From Amoebidium appalachense (lineage: Eukaryota; Protista; Ichthyosporea): 64,000 nucleotides of DNA. Below the pieces are notes generated by a model that saw only the letters and a list, made by a program, of their open reading frames with translations, was not told the DNA's origin and ran no database searches. Location: contig CAVNZM010000008.1 in the NCBI GenBank assembly GCA_963693365.1, positions 10,503,172 through 10,567,171 of the forward strand, read 5' to 3'. Position 1 is the stretch's first letter. Every line of letters begins with the position of its first letter. A program made the position numbers and the translations under genes. Of the stretch, positions 26,487 to 43,862 are shown one piece after another.

Positions 26487-28095
26487 TGGAATTCGATCCC
26501 TCGCTCTATATCTAGAGGGGGGCTTGGTGGTTGGAGGGCGGCTTGCCGCGTGCGGGGGTGGGTTTGGGGGGTAAGCAGGTGTGCATGTGGGCAAATGCAC
26601 AGCCGCTATCCCCGTTGGAAGGAGGAACGTTGTGGGTTTTGCACCGAGGCGCCTCTCCCCCCTCCTGACGAGGCCTCCAACCAAACGTTACTAAGTATAA
26701 AAAAATCTGCACTCGCAGCTCCTCTCAAATTGAAAACTATCCCGCGGTGGTGAGGGGATGTCGTGCACGTGTGGCAACCCCAACTGGCCTTCCTACCGTG
26801 CACATGACATCCCTCAACGATCTACTATCAGTACTACGTTTGACAAACTTTGGTGTGACCCCAGGGTGACGAGACGGGGCTGGCGGGGGACCAACGTTCC
26901 CCGGCCCGTGAATCGATCGATCGGCAGCCACGTACGCATTCAAACACATGCATTCAATTGAAAGCAGTAAAGCTGTCACATTTGCATATCCAAAGAAGCT
27001 CCATATCTATACGGGCAAAACAAAAATAAAACATTTTCTCACATGGTTACACTCAACGTTACGTTCACGCCAAGCAGGTATAAAATGTGCGGGAAACCCG
27101 ACTCCAGGAAACTGTAGCTTCGTGCTGATGCGTGATCGACCAATCAAACAAATCGGCAAATGAGCGATGATTTTTATGCGCAGGGGGGCAAATTGGCTAA
27201 ATTTGAGCCTCGAAGTGGCTTCCAACATGTACAAGCGGAATCGGTAAGCCCTCAAGAAAATACACTAATAAAGAGTCTAGGCAGAAAAAAAATGGCTTAG
27301 AATATAAAAAAATTGCAAAGTATACATTTATAGGTATTGCTTGTAATTGGTTGTTAAATATTTTCGTAGTAGCCAGCCATATGTGGCTCTCACCCTGTAG
27401 CTGTTCTGCCGTGGCCGAGCCATGATTTACCCTCCTCTCGTGGAGCGCTAACAACCAATCACCAGAGGGCTCAATGAGGATTACAAACGTGACTCGTACC
27501 GGCCAAGTTGCCTACCTTCCACAGAAGTTGAAGGAGGGGAAAGACACTCCACTCTAAGACTTTACCCATACCATAGAGGGAGCAGTGTTTGGGCAAGACG
27601 TGTGGAAAACCCTTTTCAGCTATATTGTATTGTAGCTACGGTTCTTTTGTGCTGAAAGATAGAAAGGAGGTGTGAAGTAGGGTGAATCCGGAGGAAAAGA
27701 GGCTGGTTTACATTTAGAGAGAGAGGTGAGTACCTAATAATGGTTGTGTACATGGTTGTGTGTCCACAGATTGCTCGCCCGCTTGGCAGTTCGTATGTGT
27801 TGCTCTGACCATGAAACGCCACTATACAATACTAAGAAAGTCAAGCCTAACATTTACCATTCAATGTAGTAAAAGAGAACAAAAGACCGAGAAAGTAAAT
27901 TGTTGTGAATTTCGAGTCAGTTTTTGTTGCCGTCGTTATTCTCTCCATACTAGGCGGCAAGCATTACCCTGAGTCTGTGGGGCATTAGGAGCGTCAAATC
28001 CCACAGAAATCAAGTTACCTTTTCCTACAACTACAGAATTGTCAAACAGGCAGTGGCATCACAACTGTAGTGCCCAAAACATCCCCCCCCCCCCC

Positions 28096-28127
<32 letters not shown>

Positions 28128-28285
28128 AAAAAAAAAAAAAAGCAATGGCTAACACATATGCCCCCCATCCCCCCCCCTCCCCCCCCCCCCCCCCCCCCCC
28201 TCCCCCTCTTACCCCTCTCCCCGCCTCTCTCTTCCCCCAGGAAACAGCAGCGCTCATAATAACAAATTCATCACAATTCAACGCT

Positions 28286-29088
28286 ATGTGGGGACAAAGG
28301 TGCCCGTTAGCAGCGGCCGTATGGCTAGCACTCTCCACCCCAATCTTTGCGGCAGACACCAAATTCGTCACAGTATTAGGCCAGCGGTTTGCCACACTAG
28401 ACAACACAGACCCAAGTACACCCACATCAGGAAGTTGCAGCGAAACCTCAAACTTTTTCCCCATACCGAACGGATGGACTCTTGCCACGGACGACGATTA
28501 CGCTCGCCTAGCCGCAAAATTGTTTCCATTTGGCGCTGATGCCGTTGTATTTAGCTCCGGAACAGCTTTTGTCACCGTTGCTTCTGCCGAGTTTGGCCGT
28601 CCGACAGAATGGGATACATTAACCACACACGGGCTCGCGTCGAAAAATGTACACGGAGAAGCACACCATGCAGTTGACTATTCCTCGTTGAAAAGACAAA
28701 CGTGCATGCGCGTTTTAATAACACAACCAGGTGGTTTGGGTGATACGGATGCTGTAAAAGAAGTAAGCGATGTGGAGAAATACGCAGAGACGATTGGTGA
28801 GTTGCAGTATGCGGCGTTGGATGGTGTGGACGTGGGGATGGCGTGCTGCCGAGAGGGGGAGGACAGGCAGGTGTGTGATATATAACTCTATGGCATTAGT
28901 TTGTTTGTACATTTCTGCTCTATTATGCCTAATTACATTTTGAACTGGGGATGAGTGGTCCAATCTAACTTTGCGAGACAACACATTCAACTGCTCAATC
29001 TCACTCGCACAATCTCACATGCACCTGGCAGGCGAGGGCAAACTTTACACGCACACTTACATACACACGCACGCACGTACGCGCACAC

Positions 29089-29121
<33 letters not shown>

Positions 29122-29380
29122 TGCACACACATGCGCGCATAGAGACACGCACACGCAGACACACACACACACACACGTACACACACACACACACACACAC
29201 ATACACAATACAGCAAGTAGACACCGCACACACAACATACTTGTCCACACGCATTACAGACGCACAGACTGCCACGAGCGATCCGTGCCCGACAATTGCT
29301 CACACACAGACAGACGCACACAAAAACATGTATATATGCACACACCCCCATCAACACTTGCACAGGCTTTTCGGCACATG

Positions 29381-29424
<44 letters not shown>

Positions 29425-29663
29425 CATGCACGCACGCATGTACGCATGAACGCACATCCGCACGCACGCACGCACACACACACACACAAACACACAAACA
29501 AACACACACCGTCACACACACACAAAAACACACCATCATACACAAACACACACACATACACACACACACAGACACACACATAACACACACACACGCACAC
29601 ACACACACACACACACACGCACGCACACACACATACGCATGCACACATACACACATACACAGA

Positions 29664-29760
<97 letters not shown>

Positions 29761-29826
29761 GCATGCACACACACACACACACACACACAGAGACATACCC
29801 ACCAAATCCCCTGGACAATGCTCGCG

Positions 29827-29869
<43 letters not shown>

Positions 29870-31721
29870 CTGAGCAACACCCTCTCTTTGTTCATGCCCT
29901 CTGGCTCTGTGGTGCTGTGTGTCCATATCTGCATGTTCTTCTATGTGCTGCGCTGGTCTCTTCGTTGAATGTTTCCTGCTATGTTTTGTGTCACACAATC
30001 GAAACCTGCCTTCCCCTCTACCCCCAACCGCCTCACCCCCCGCCCCCCCCCCCCCCCATCCCTTCATTATGATATTATTTATGTATGCTTCACTCTGGTT
30101 TATGTTGGTGGTCATGAGCGTGTACGTCGTACTCTATAACACCCTCGAAACCCCCCGCCCCCTTCACCCCCCCACCTCCTTACGCCCACCCCACCCCTCT
30201 TCGACCCAGACCCCACCCCACCACAACCCGTAGTGTTCAAGTGAACAGTATTTGAGTTGGATTTCGTTGACGTGGTGAATGGGTCGAAGCTCGGGTGCTG
30301 TGGATGGCATACCCCCCCTCCCCCCTCCCCCCCCCCCCCCTCCCCCCCCCCCCCCCCCCCCCCCGATGGGCTCTGGTTGTTATACACCCTATTTTGTGTG
30401 ATTCGCTCCGCTTTATTTTATTCGGTATGAATAACTTTATACTTTATAACACCCAAATCCTCCAAACAATCATCGTGTTAGTTTTCCTCACCACGAGAAC
30501 GGGTCTTATACCCGGACTATGCACTGATGATGGGGGGATTTCCGTTGGTGCTGAGTAATCTCTGTGTGCTCGCATTCTGTTACTCACCATATGCACTGCC
30601 ACGGGTACTTCTCATGTCCGAGTGCAAAGTGTATCGGGAACCGCATCCTCCTCCTCCGCCCCTTCCCCTCCTCCCCATCCTTCGCCTCTTTGCATGTTGT
30701 TTTCTTCAGTCTCTCCCTAACACAATTATTACGCAATCCTATCCCCCTCCCCCCCCCCCCCCCCTTCCCCCCCCCCCCCCCCCCCGCGCACTCCTCACCC
30801 ACCCTACCACCCACCCATCCACCCCCCCCCACCCCTCAACATACACCCCCGCACACACATACCTACATACACACGCGCACGCTCGCTGCACACACACATA
30901 TACCTTTCAGGTCGACGCATACAAGGTGCCTGAGGGTTGGATGCTCGCAGGCCGTGAGGAGGTCGTGGGCACAAATTTCGGACAGATGGGTGCAGGGTGT
31001 CTGGTTGCTTCCGACGGGCACGCATACCAGAGCAATACCAAAGACCCGTGCTACAAAAATGTCTTCCCCGTTCCCATTGTTCTTCTAGGGCATTCCGGAA
31101 AGGAATGGAGCGTGTGGTGGCCAAATTTGGACGCTGGGGCTCTTAGGTTACCTATAATTAGGCCGGTGATTAGCGAGAAAGCCGGTGCGATGGCGTTGAA
31201 TAGTGAAATGAGTACGTTGTTATTGACGACTTATGACGCGGAAACGCAGCCGGAAAAAGCAAACGGAGACACGTCACTCAGCTATGCACGAAAAGTGCTA
31301 CAGGATGCGGGGGTGAAAATTACAGAGGTTGGAATTATCGGAGAGGGAAATCAACCCACCACAGATTTCCAGAAAATTCAATTTTACTCTGGAGACGGAC
31401 AAAAACCCCCACTTTTCCACTCTGTCGTGCTGACGACAAGCAAACTTTCATACCAAAGGAATGACGGCGAATGGGCAAGCGCCCTTTCAACCACCCAATG
31501 GGATTTGTTGTATCGATACTGCGGGAAAAACGGGGTTCGTTCATGGTCGGTGTATACCTTTCCGGGATCAGACATTGGATACAGCCCCAAAGATGGAGTC
31601 CCCCCGGCGAGTAATACCGACACGGGGTTTATGTGGTTTGTGCAGGCGAATTTGGCCAAAAAGACCTACGATCTACAGGGCCCACTAAAGTATGCTTAAT
31701 CATCCCCCCCCCCCCCCCCCC

Positions 31722-31752
<31 letters not shown>

Positions 31753-32318
31753 TACGCCCCTTTCTCCCCTCACCCCAAACAGGCCCCCTACACCTCTCCC
31801 GTTATTTGCTTCCCTGCTCAAGTTCCGCTACTGAGCCGGTGTCTATTCCCCCTTTTCCATGCATTCATTCACATGGTTTCTCCGATTACCCACTCCCCCT
31901 TCCTCACAACCCACCCCTCCCCCTCTCGGGTGACCTGCCGGGTCACTCACTGGCTGCACTTTGCTGAACTTCATGCTGCATCCGGACCCCTCCCCCCTCT
32001 CCCCCTCCCCTTCCATGCCTCCCCACCTTGGTGGGTCAAATCTCGGGTGCTGTAGTTGATCTTCTCTCCACACCGCCCCCCGACCTCCCTCCTGCCACCC
32101 CCACCTCACCCCCACCCAGCCCCACACGGTTGATGGGTACCATTAATGCTGCATTTAAATTGGATCCTACTGTGCTCCCCCGCCCCCTCCCCTCCCCCCC
32201 ACCTTTCCCCTCCTTCCCCCCTCCCCTCTTTCGCCCCTCCCCCCTCTCCCCTCATTCGCCCTACACCTGACGAGTTGTCTTCCCCCCCCCCCCCTCCCCC
32301 CCCCTCCCCCCCCCCCCC

Positions 32319-32360
<42 letters not shown>

Positions 32361-33162
32361 CCTCCCACCCCCCTCCCCCCTCCTCCGTCAAAAAAAATAA
32401 AAATAAAAATAAGATAAAAAAACACACGAAGCCAAACCTAATGCCTGCACACACCTCATTATGTACTAAGAGCCATCAGTTTAGGAAGACAGAATCAAGA
32501 CTTGAAACTGAAAGAAAAGTCTTAAAACATCACACGGAAAAGACAAAAGAAGCAAACGAATAACTTCAACAAACCACCTGTTAGTGATATTTAACACTGA
32601 CGACCCTACTTCATTCACACACAGGATGGAAGACAAATCTGTATTCCGCTATCCTGTCCTCCGTCGCGATTTCAATCGTTACGGCGTATCGCCCGCCGTC
32701 TATTTCTCAAAGACGGAAACACCGTTTGCACTCGACAACATGGCAAATTCCAACGATGACAATACACCTATCGGAGGGATCTACCTCGCGCACACCACCG
32801 CCACCCGCGGGGAGGAATTGCATTTCTTTTTCGCTTCTAGTTATGATGTTCCGCACGGCCAACCAATGGGAAAGCACGCAACCTCGTGGCTTTTGGCTAA
32901 GGTGGAGGGTTTTTCATCCGAAAACGGTGTCGGGGGTTTGTCGTTGGCGCAGATCGGAGGTGTAATCGGAGGTGCGGTGGGTGCCGGTGCGATCTTGATC
33001 CTTGGGGTTACGGCGATTAGGAGAAAAATAAAAGACAGAAGAGATAATAGTGATGTGTACAGGGGGCAGGAAACGTCGGATGTGTGGGCCGTAAGAGGGG
33101 CGGATGAGACGAATATTCAGCAGAGTTCGGCACCATATATGGATGAGGTTATGGTGGCGTGA
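28286..33162 (+). CDS. Type I membrane protein: signal peptide, two tandem PxGWxLA domains, Agd3-like CBM87 domain, TM helix, cytoplasmic tail; 3 exons
   Basis: Exons 28286-28870, 30911-31689 and 32625-33162 (phases 0 and 2 match). Signal MWGQRCPLAAAVWLALSTPIFA. WASALSTTQWDLLYRYCGKNGVRSWSVYTFPG resembles the recalled Agd3 SALT..QW..L..Y....GVR.V....YP motif. TM IGGVIGGAVGAGAILILGVTAI followed by RRK. Confidence 0.8.
29046..29866. repeat. Long imperfect (CA)n microsatellite in intron 1 of the CBM87-like gene
   Basis: Read directly; representative of dozens of similar tracts in the window. Confidence 0.9.
30234..30390 (+). repeat. Diverged partial copy of the dispersed repeat, with its internal C7 expanded to a ~50-nt C tract
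   Basis: TGTTCAAGTGAACAGTATTTGAGTTGGATTTCGTTGACG...CTCGGGTGCTGTGGATG[C tract]GATGGGCTCT aligns with 34184-34286. Confidence 0.75.
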
Positions 33163-33685
33163 TCGCGATCGCGATCGTGGCGTTGAATCGGGCCCATCGG
33201 GTGAATGATTTTAGATTATATCATGATATTTTAGTGTTGCCAATCACCACCGGCTGGTTAAATTTGGTGATCAAATATGGGTATAATCATATGCAATGCA
33301 ATATATACAGGTAGTCGAAGTTGCACACCTTATGAGATAGCCTAGGTGTAACGTTTTTTTTAGCACCATTTTCCCATTTGGACACTGCAGCAAATTTTTA
33401 CGTATTTAGGCTAAGTTACGTTGCATTTCCCACTCGAGTTCCCACAGAGTTAGCAATGGGTATTGTTGGAGTGGGTTTGTAGGAAAATAATTTGGATACT
33501 CGGAATGTACATAGCGGTAAAGAACGAGACAGTCAAATGCTTGCATGTGTTTTCTCCTTCGAGATAGTTTGAAATTTCAACAATTAATTCCAAAGCAACC
33601 ATTCTGAGCCTGGTTGTTACAAATACCAAATTATTTGGGGAGCAAGCATGATCTGCGGCCATGGAACAATCAGTGTGCTTTCTTA

Positions 33686-33726
<41 letters not shown>

Positions 33727-34074
33727 ACTACTTCCCTCTGTCTCTCACTCCCTCTAAGCTGCCTCCCTCCGCCCCTCCCCCTCTCACCCCCTCCCCTTTC
33801 CCTCCCCACCCACCCCCCCACTCCCCCTCCCCTCCCAACCAACCTTCCACCTTCCCTCTCCCCCTCTTCGCAACTCTCACTTCCCACACATCCCCAGCGT
33901 GTTACTACCCTGCGGCGTGGGTCAAATCTCATATTTTCCCCTCTGATTACGAATTCTGTGGCCTTCGGGACTTAATTCTTTTCAGCTGGTGTAGTATGTT
34001 AGCCAGGGAAGTATCGACTTAGGTATCGACGGGGGAGCTTCCTAGAAGCCCCGTCTCCTGAGTTCCTATCTATA

Positions 34075-34378
34075 TTTTTCTTGCTTCTGCTTACTGCTGC
34101 AACTTTAACCCCCGGCCTTTCCCACTGCCCTTGCCTGCATAAGCAACCCTGCTCGTCTCTGATCAAGACGGGTGACCTACTCATGTTCAAGTGAAACAGT
34201 ATCTGAGTTGGGTTTCGTTAACGAGGGGAATAGGTCGAAACTCGGGTACTGTGGATGACGTGGGCCCCCCCTGAGGATGGGCTCTGCTTATTATGCATAC
34301 TCTTTATGTATGGCTTGCATTCTGCATCGTGTTATCCGTTTGTTCTTGTGTACTTCGTACTTTTTGACGCATTCAAAA
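34075..34378 (+). repeat. Dispersed repeat, long copy (~300 bp), ending in GCATTCAAA-poly(C)
   Basis: Aligns over its full length with 54900-55217; its 3' 175 bp match 3203-3377 (-). Confidence 0.9.
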
Positions 34379-34794
34379 CCCCCCCCCCCCCCCCCCTCCA
34401 AACACACATGTACACACACACACTCTTTCTCTCTCTGTCCCCCCTTTCCTCCCCCTCCCCTTTTTTCTTTCCCTCTCCCTCTCCCTTTCCCTCCTCCTCC
34501 GTAAATGCTCGTGCAAATTAAATTTCGTCCCTATCTACCGGCCCTGCCTAGTTTTTCTAGCTTCCACCCGTCTCTCTATGTTTTAAACTCCATATCATAT
34601 GATATTACTATTAACACACGTACGTGCTCGTCGTGTGGTCAAATCCATTGTGGTGTTAGGTACAGTGCCCCAGTATGCATCCGTGTGTTCGTGCATCTAC
34701 GTGCATATAGGCAACAATAACACTGGCATGCACTGGTGAGCAGTAGCACGTTGTGTGTGTCCACGTATGTTCTGTAGATAGAACCCCCCCCCCC

Positions 34795-34825
<31 letters not shown>

Positions 34826-34845
34826 ACACACCCTTCCCCTAGTTA

Positions 34846-35047
34846 GGCCCTTGCAAAAATATCCCAAGTATCAAATATCCCAAAAAAATATCCCGTGACC
34901 CGCAATTTTTTTAATATTCAGAGGTACAACAGATATTTAGGCGACTATTTGGGATATTTTGTGATATTCTGGCCCATTTTACGGGATCTTTCGGAATATT
35001 TCCATTTGATACTCAGGGGCCATTTTTGGGATATTTTTGCAAAGGCC
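34846..35047. mobile_element. 202-bp MITE with 22-bp TIRs and TA flanks (Tc1/mariner-type TSD)
   Basis: TA|GGCCCTTGCAAAAATATCCCAA ... TTGGGATATTTTTGCAAAGGCC|TA (21/22 inverted match). Internal AAATATCCC/GGGATATTT motifs are repeated. AT-rich and non-coding. Confidence 0.75.
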
Positions 35048-35052
35048 TATCC

Positions 35053-35085
<33 letters not shown>

Positions 35086-35425
35086 ACCCACCCACACACA
35101 CACACACACCCCCCACCACCACCACCACCACCACCAAAAAAAAAAAAAGAAAAGAAAAAAAAAGAAAAAGAAAGAAGAAAAGAAAAAGACACCAGCCAGC
35201 CACTCCCGCAATGTCCCCCCATTCGAGCCATATGCTATTATACGAGTCCAGACTCATGTGCACATGTGTTAACGTCTTTGGGTACGTGTCCGACTCTGTA
35301 TGCACACGAGTGGAAGCGTGTACACGCACTCGGTACTATAATTATTCCGGGCCTGCAGGCAAGGCCGAAGCCGGTGATGGGGGCTCTGTGGGGGTACTAT
35401 TATCTAAATGCAATAGTCTCAAAAA

Positions 35426-35456
<31 letters not shown>

Positions 35457-36419
35457 TGTGTGTGTACGGATGTGTCACAGCGTGTGCGCGCGTGTTATAC
35501 GTGGCGAATTGAGGGGTATCGGAATCGGGGTAGGCAGCTGCCGCTGATAATTAATCATTCCATACTCTCTAGATATCCCGGACTTCAGTTAGTTGATAAG
35601 ACCCGGGTGCATGGAGGCCCACGTGCAGAGTCTCATAGGAGGGGGGGGGGAGGGGGGGAGGGGGGGGGAGGGGACGGGAGGGGGAGGGGGGAGGGGAAGG
35701 AGGAGGAGGGCTGTGGGCAAATCACATTCATTCACTTTATCCATGCACACGTGCAGGGATGGGTCTCCTCATAATTTTCCGCCGGTCACTTCATTTATGG
35801 AAAGAAAAAAAAGACCCCAGGACCTGCCTGTAGGGCCCACAACACAATGGACCAATCAAATAACATAATATGTACCCACCCACATGCGTGGATCAGATGC
35901 TCAGAGGCCCCCCCTCCCCCCCCCCCCCTCCCCCTCCCCCTCCCCCCCCCTCCCCCCCCCCCAAACCAAAAAAAAAAAAAAAGACACCCTCGCCCATACA
36001 CACCCACAACAACCCTTTCCGTTCTGCAAAACTGAAAGGATGAGTCGGTTAGTTGGGGGCAATGTGACACAGAAAGGTACCTGTCCTTTAGGCTGGGCCA
36101 CTCATCAGAAATGTTTCGTTCCAAGGCTCATGTACATCATATCTATGTACCTAGGCCTAAAAGTGAGCTTAAGTGTTAGCAATTCTCATTACCCAGCATT
36201 AACTGTTCGAACACAGCAATCTGATGGGGAATCTCAAGAGCTGGTAAGTAATCACTATACCGGTATAAACTCAGATAAATCACCACGTAAAATAAAGGCC
36301 CGAAGGAGCAACAGTTTACAACCAGGGAGAAAAGATACTCTCGGAATGAGTGGAGGGGTAGGTGGGTGTGCATGTGCGCGCCAGGAGCCCAAAGGTATAG
36401 GGTGTGAGTTGTCTACCCA

Positions 36420-36454
<35 letters not shown>

Positions 36455-36707
36455 AGCACACACAAACAACCTAATTTTTTCGCGTGAAAGCATCCACACA
36501 CCTGCAACCGGCATTTTCATCTGTGCCAGCACATACACACTCAGACGCACAGAACCACACACAAATGAAATTTTGTCTGTGTTTGTGGTACGTACAACAC
36601 ACCCTCTAACATACTCAAGTAACTGTGTGTATGTGTTTGGTAAGGCTTTGCATTATGCATTATGTGTGTGTGTTTGTGTTGGTGTTTGGAATTGGACATG
36701 TTTTGCG

Positions 36708-41371
<4,664 letters not shown>

Positions 41372-42341
41372 CTGCAATAGAAGGAAACAACATGAATCCA
41401 CCATAAGATCCCTCTCATCCCGACTCCCCCCCCCCCCCCCCCCCCCCTTCCCCAAACACTCATCCTCTCTCCTCGGTCCTCTCTGGCCCCAGAACCCAGA
41501 AACACACGCACGCACACACACGTGAGCGAGGGCCTGTCGTCCCGTGTTCAACACCCTTACCTCATTACATGTCTCTCCTGTAGAAGGGTGCCTAATCTGC
41601 CATGATCCATCCCCCCCCCCCCCCCCCCCCCCAACCCTTCTCCCCCTCACCCCAACCCCCTCTCACACACACCATCACCACCACCACCACTGTCTAGTCC
41701 CGGCCTTTTCTTATATATAGCTGAAATTAAGTCACAGAAGAGAGAAGTTCAAGCATCGACCCCACGATCAAGTTTCCTTCCACACAGTCCACACAGGCAC
41801 CTGCGATCGACCCACAACACAAAAACATGCGAATTGTCGCCTCACACACTTGAATATAGCTATTTTTCTCAGCCTAAACATACCATTTTTTTAGTTGAAT
41901 GTATCACCCTGGGCACATAAACTCCACACGAGTGCACTACACGCTTGTTCTAGATTTCTGTTCGCTTTGTGCTCTTTGAACTGCCGGCGGGGCTGGGTTC
42001 ATATGAACACGGCGTGGGCGCGGGAACTTCAAAGGTCTCGCGCCAAAAATATAAACCCCATTTATTCGATATTCTGTTGGTCGTCATGTCACTGGCTGCA
42101 TTTGATTGGCTGTGCTGGAAAACGCAGTAGGCCGTCGAATGTGGCTGGGCCTCCGGCAATGTCCACGCAATAAAAAGTGTGTAAACCCCCTTGAGTATTT
42201 ATATGATTTTCACACAGTGTTCAGGTATCTCAGTCTGCACTTGTTACTGGATAACTCGTGAAGTTTTTATTGTCTTCTCAGTATGCCGTGCATACTTGCA
42301 TATCTTTCCGTCGAATAAATCCAGTCAAAAGAAAATTTTAC

Positions 42342-43724
42342 TGTAGCCCCTTTTTGTTTAACCTATTTATAGATGATTTGGCTGTCAAGATTTACGCCGA
42401 AAACGATGACCCTATTAATAACTTTCCGCCTGCACTTCTCTATGCTGATGATCTGTCCCTCCTTGCCCGTACCCCTAGACGCCTGCAAAGATTGTTCGAT
42501 GTAGTGTCAGAGTGGTGCAAGGCAAACCTTATGATCCTTAACATAGACAAATGTGGTGTTCTTGTACCTGATATAGCTAACAATTTACACACATTTACAT
42601 TATCATCTAAACCTGTACCTATAGTTCCAGAATACAAATATCTTGGTGTTCCGGTTGATTCTGTTGGTGTTATGTTTCCCCATATGGTCGAAAAGAGGGT
42701 AGAGTTGGCTCGTAAGCGGTTAGCTTTCTTCTCGGCTAATATTTTTAAAGACACACCCCTCCATCCTTCTATTAGACTTACATTTATTCGCACTTTTGTC
42801 TTCCCGGCATGTGAATATGGTTTACCCCTTCTCGCCGCTTGGATCAAGAAAGAGAGAACTAGAGCGCTTAAACCCTTGGCAAATTTCCTTGAAGCAGAAG
42901 TTGCCTCCTTTCTATCTAACAACTGTTGTAAACCTGGGCCTGTAACGCTCTCGATATATGGTCTGGTCCCAATAGCTGCTAGAGTATCCTATCTCGCGCT
43001 GAAATTCAATAAGCACATAAGCCGCTTAAAGAAGTATTTGCCCTCCCACCCTCTCTTCTCTATCCGACCTGTCCCCTCCTCACCTCTCCCCTCTTTCCTC
43101 CCCTCTCTCTCCCCTTCTCCCCTGGGCACAAATACAAATAAACCCCGCAATAGTGTGTGTGTGACTTTGGACTGCCACTTACTTATTAAACATGTACACA
43201 ATCACAAGATAATCACGCAATATAACAAATGGAAAAAGATACCAAACGACACTAGACCCGATGAAAGCATACACCTTGAAAAACTAAGCCTTATGTCTCG
43301 TTTTATATATACTGACCGCCTCAACCATATTGCCAAATATGGCACTCGCAAGTGTATAACACCTAAATACATATTACCTCCCTGTAGAACTGGTCTTTCT
43401 CTAGCTGATGGTATTATTGATCAATTACCACGCTTTTACTGTACACGTGCTATACAGTGGAGATCTAATAAGTATAAGGTGGCATCATTTGCATGCCCAA
43501 ACAACACACACACACACCAGTTTAACCGGTCATGTATCGCCAAATGTAGTTTGATAGACCACATAATACCGCAACACACACACGTCACATTCACAACAGA
43601 CACCCAGAAAGATAGCCTACCTGTAAATTACAACATCCTTGATTTTATACTAAACACGCGTAACTACGACCTGTTTATTAGATGTATTGATTGGCTTGAG
43701 AAACACATCACTACAAAATTATAG
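42342..43724 (+). CDS. Reverse transcriptase (non-LTR), N-terminally truncated, no endonuclease present
   Basis: YADD catalytic motif and thumb motifs; C-terminal Cys/His cluster CPNNTHTHQFNRSCIAKC. Confidence 0.88.
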   Translation, partial: CSPFLFNLFIDDLAVKIYAENDDPINNFPPALLYADDLSLLARTPRRLQRLFDVVSEWCKANLMILNIDKCGVLVPDIANNLHTFTLSSKPVPIVPEYKYLGVPVDSVGVMFPHMVEKRVELARKRLAFFSANIFKDTPLHPSIRLTFIRTFVFPACEYGLPLLAAWIKKERTRALKPLANFLEAEVASFLSNNCCKPGPVTLSIYGLVPIAARVSYLALKFNKHISRLKKYLPSHPLFSIRPVPSSPLPSFLPSLSPSPLGTNTNKPRNSVCVTLDCHLLIKHVHNHKIITQYNKWKKIPNDTRPDESIHLEKLSLMSRFIYTDRLNHIAKYGTRKCITPKYILPPCRTGLSLADGIIDQLPRFYCTRAIQWRSNKYKVASFACPNNTHTHQFNRSCIAKCSLIDHIIPQHTHVTFTTDTQKDSLPVNYNILDFILNTRNYDLFIRCIDWLEKHITTKL

Positions 43725-43744
43725 CGCACGCGCACACACACACA

Positions 43745-43797
<53 letters not shown>

Positions 43798-43829
43798 CCA
43801 GCTGATACCGAGTGTCCCGAGGGGAGCCC

Positions 43830-43861
<32 letters not shown>
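42342..43861 (+). mobile_element. 5'-truncated non-LTR retrotransposon (LINE): RT C-terminal half, (CA)n-containing 3' UTR, poly-A tail
   Basis: Homology starts abruptly at SPFLFNLFIDDL (the QG of the RT motif is missing), then LYADDL, NIDKC, YKYLGV. ORF ends at 43724 and an A tract covers 43834-43861. No TSD found. Confidence 0.9.

Positions 43862-43862
<1 letters not shown>

Noticed and set aside
28955-30115. Poly-HT / poly-CV / poly-P / poly-G ORFs here and throughout the ORF track
   Set aside because: Artefacts of (CA)n, (TG)n and G/C homopolymers that lack stop codons.
33161-33177. GATCGCGATCGCGATC palindromic repeat at the stop codon
   Set aside because: Short hexamer slippage repeat with no evidence of function.
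42258-42341. N-terminal 28 codons of the 488-aa RT ORF, and a LINE TSD
   Set aside because: The upstream codons are flanking DNA read in frame (GTG start, no RT similarity). No direct repeat matching the sequence after the poly-A was found.
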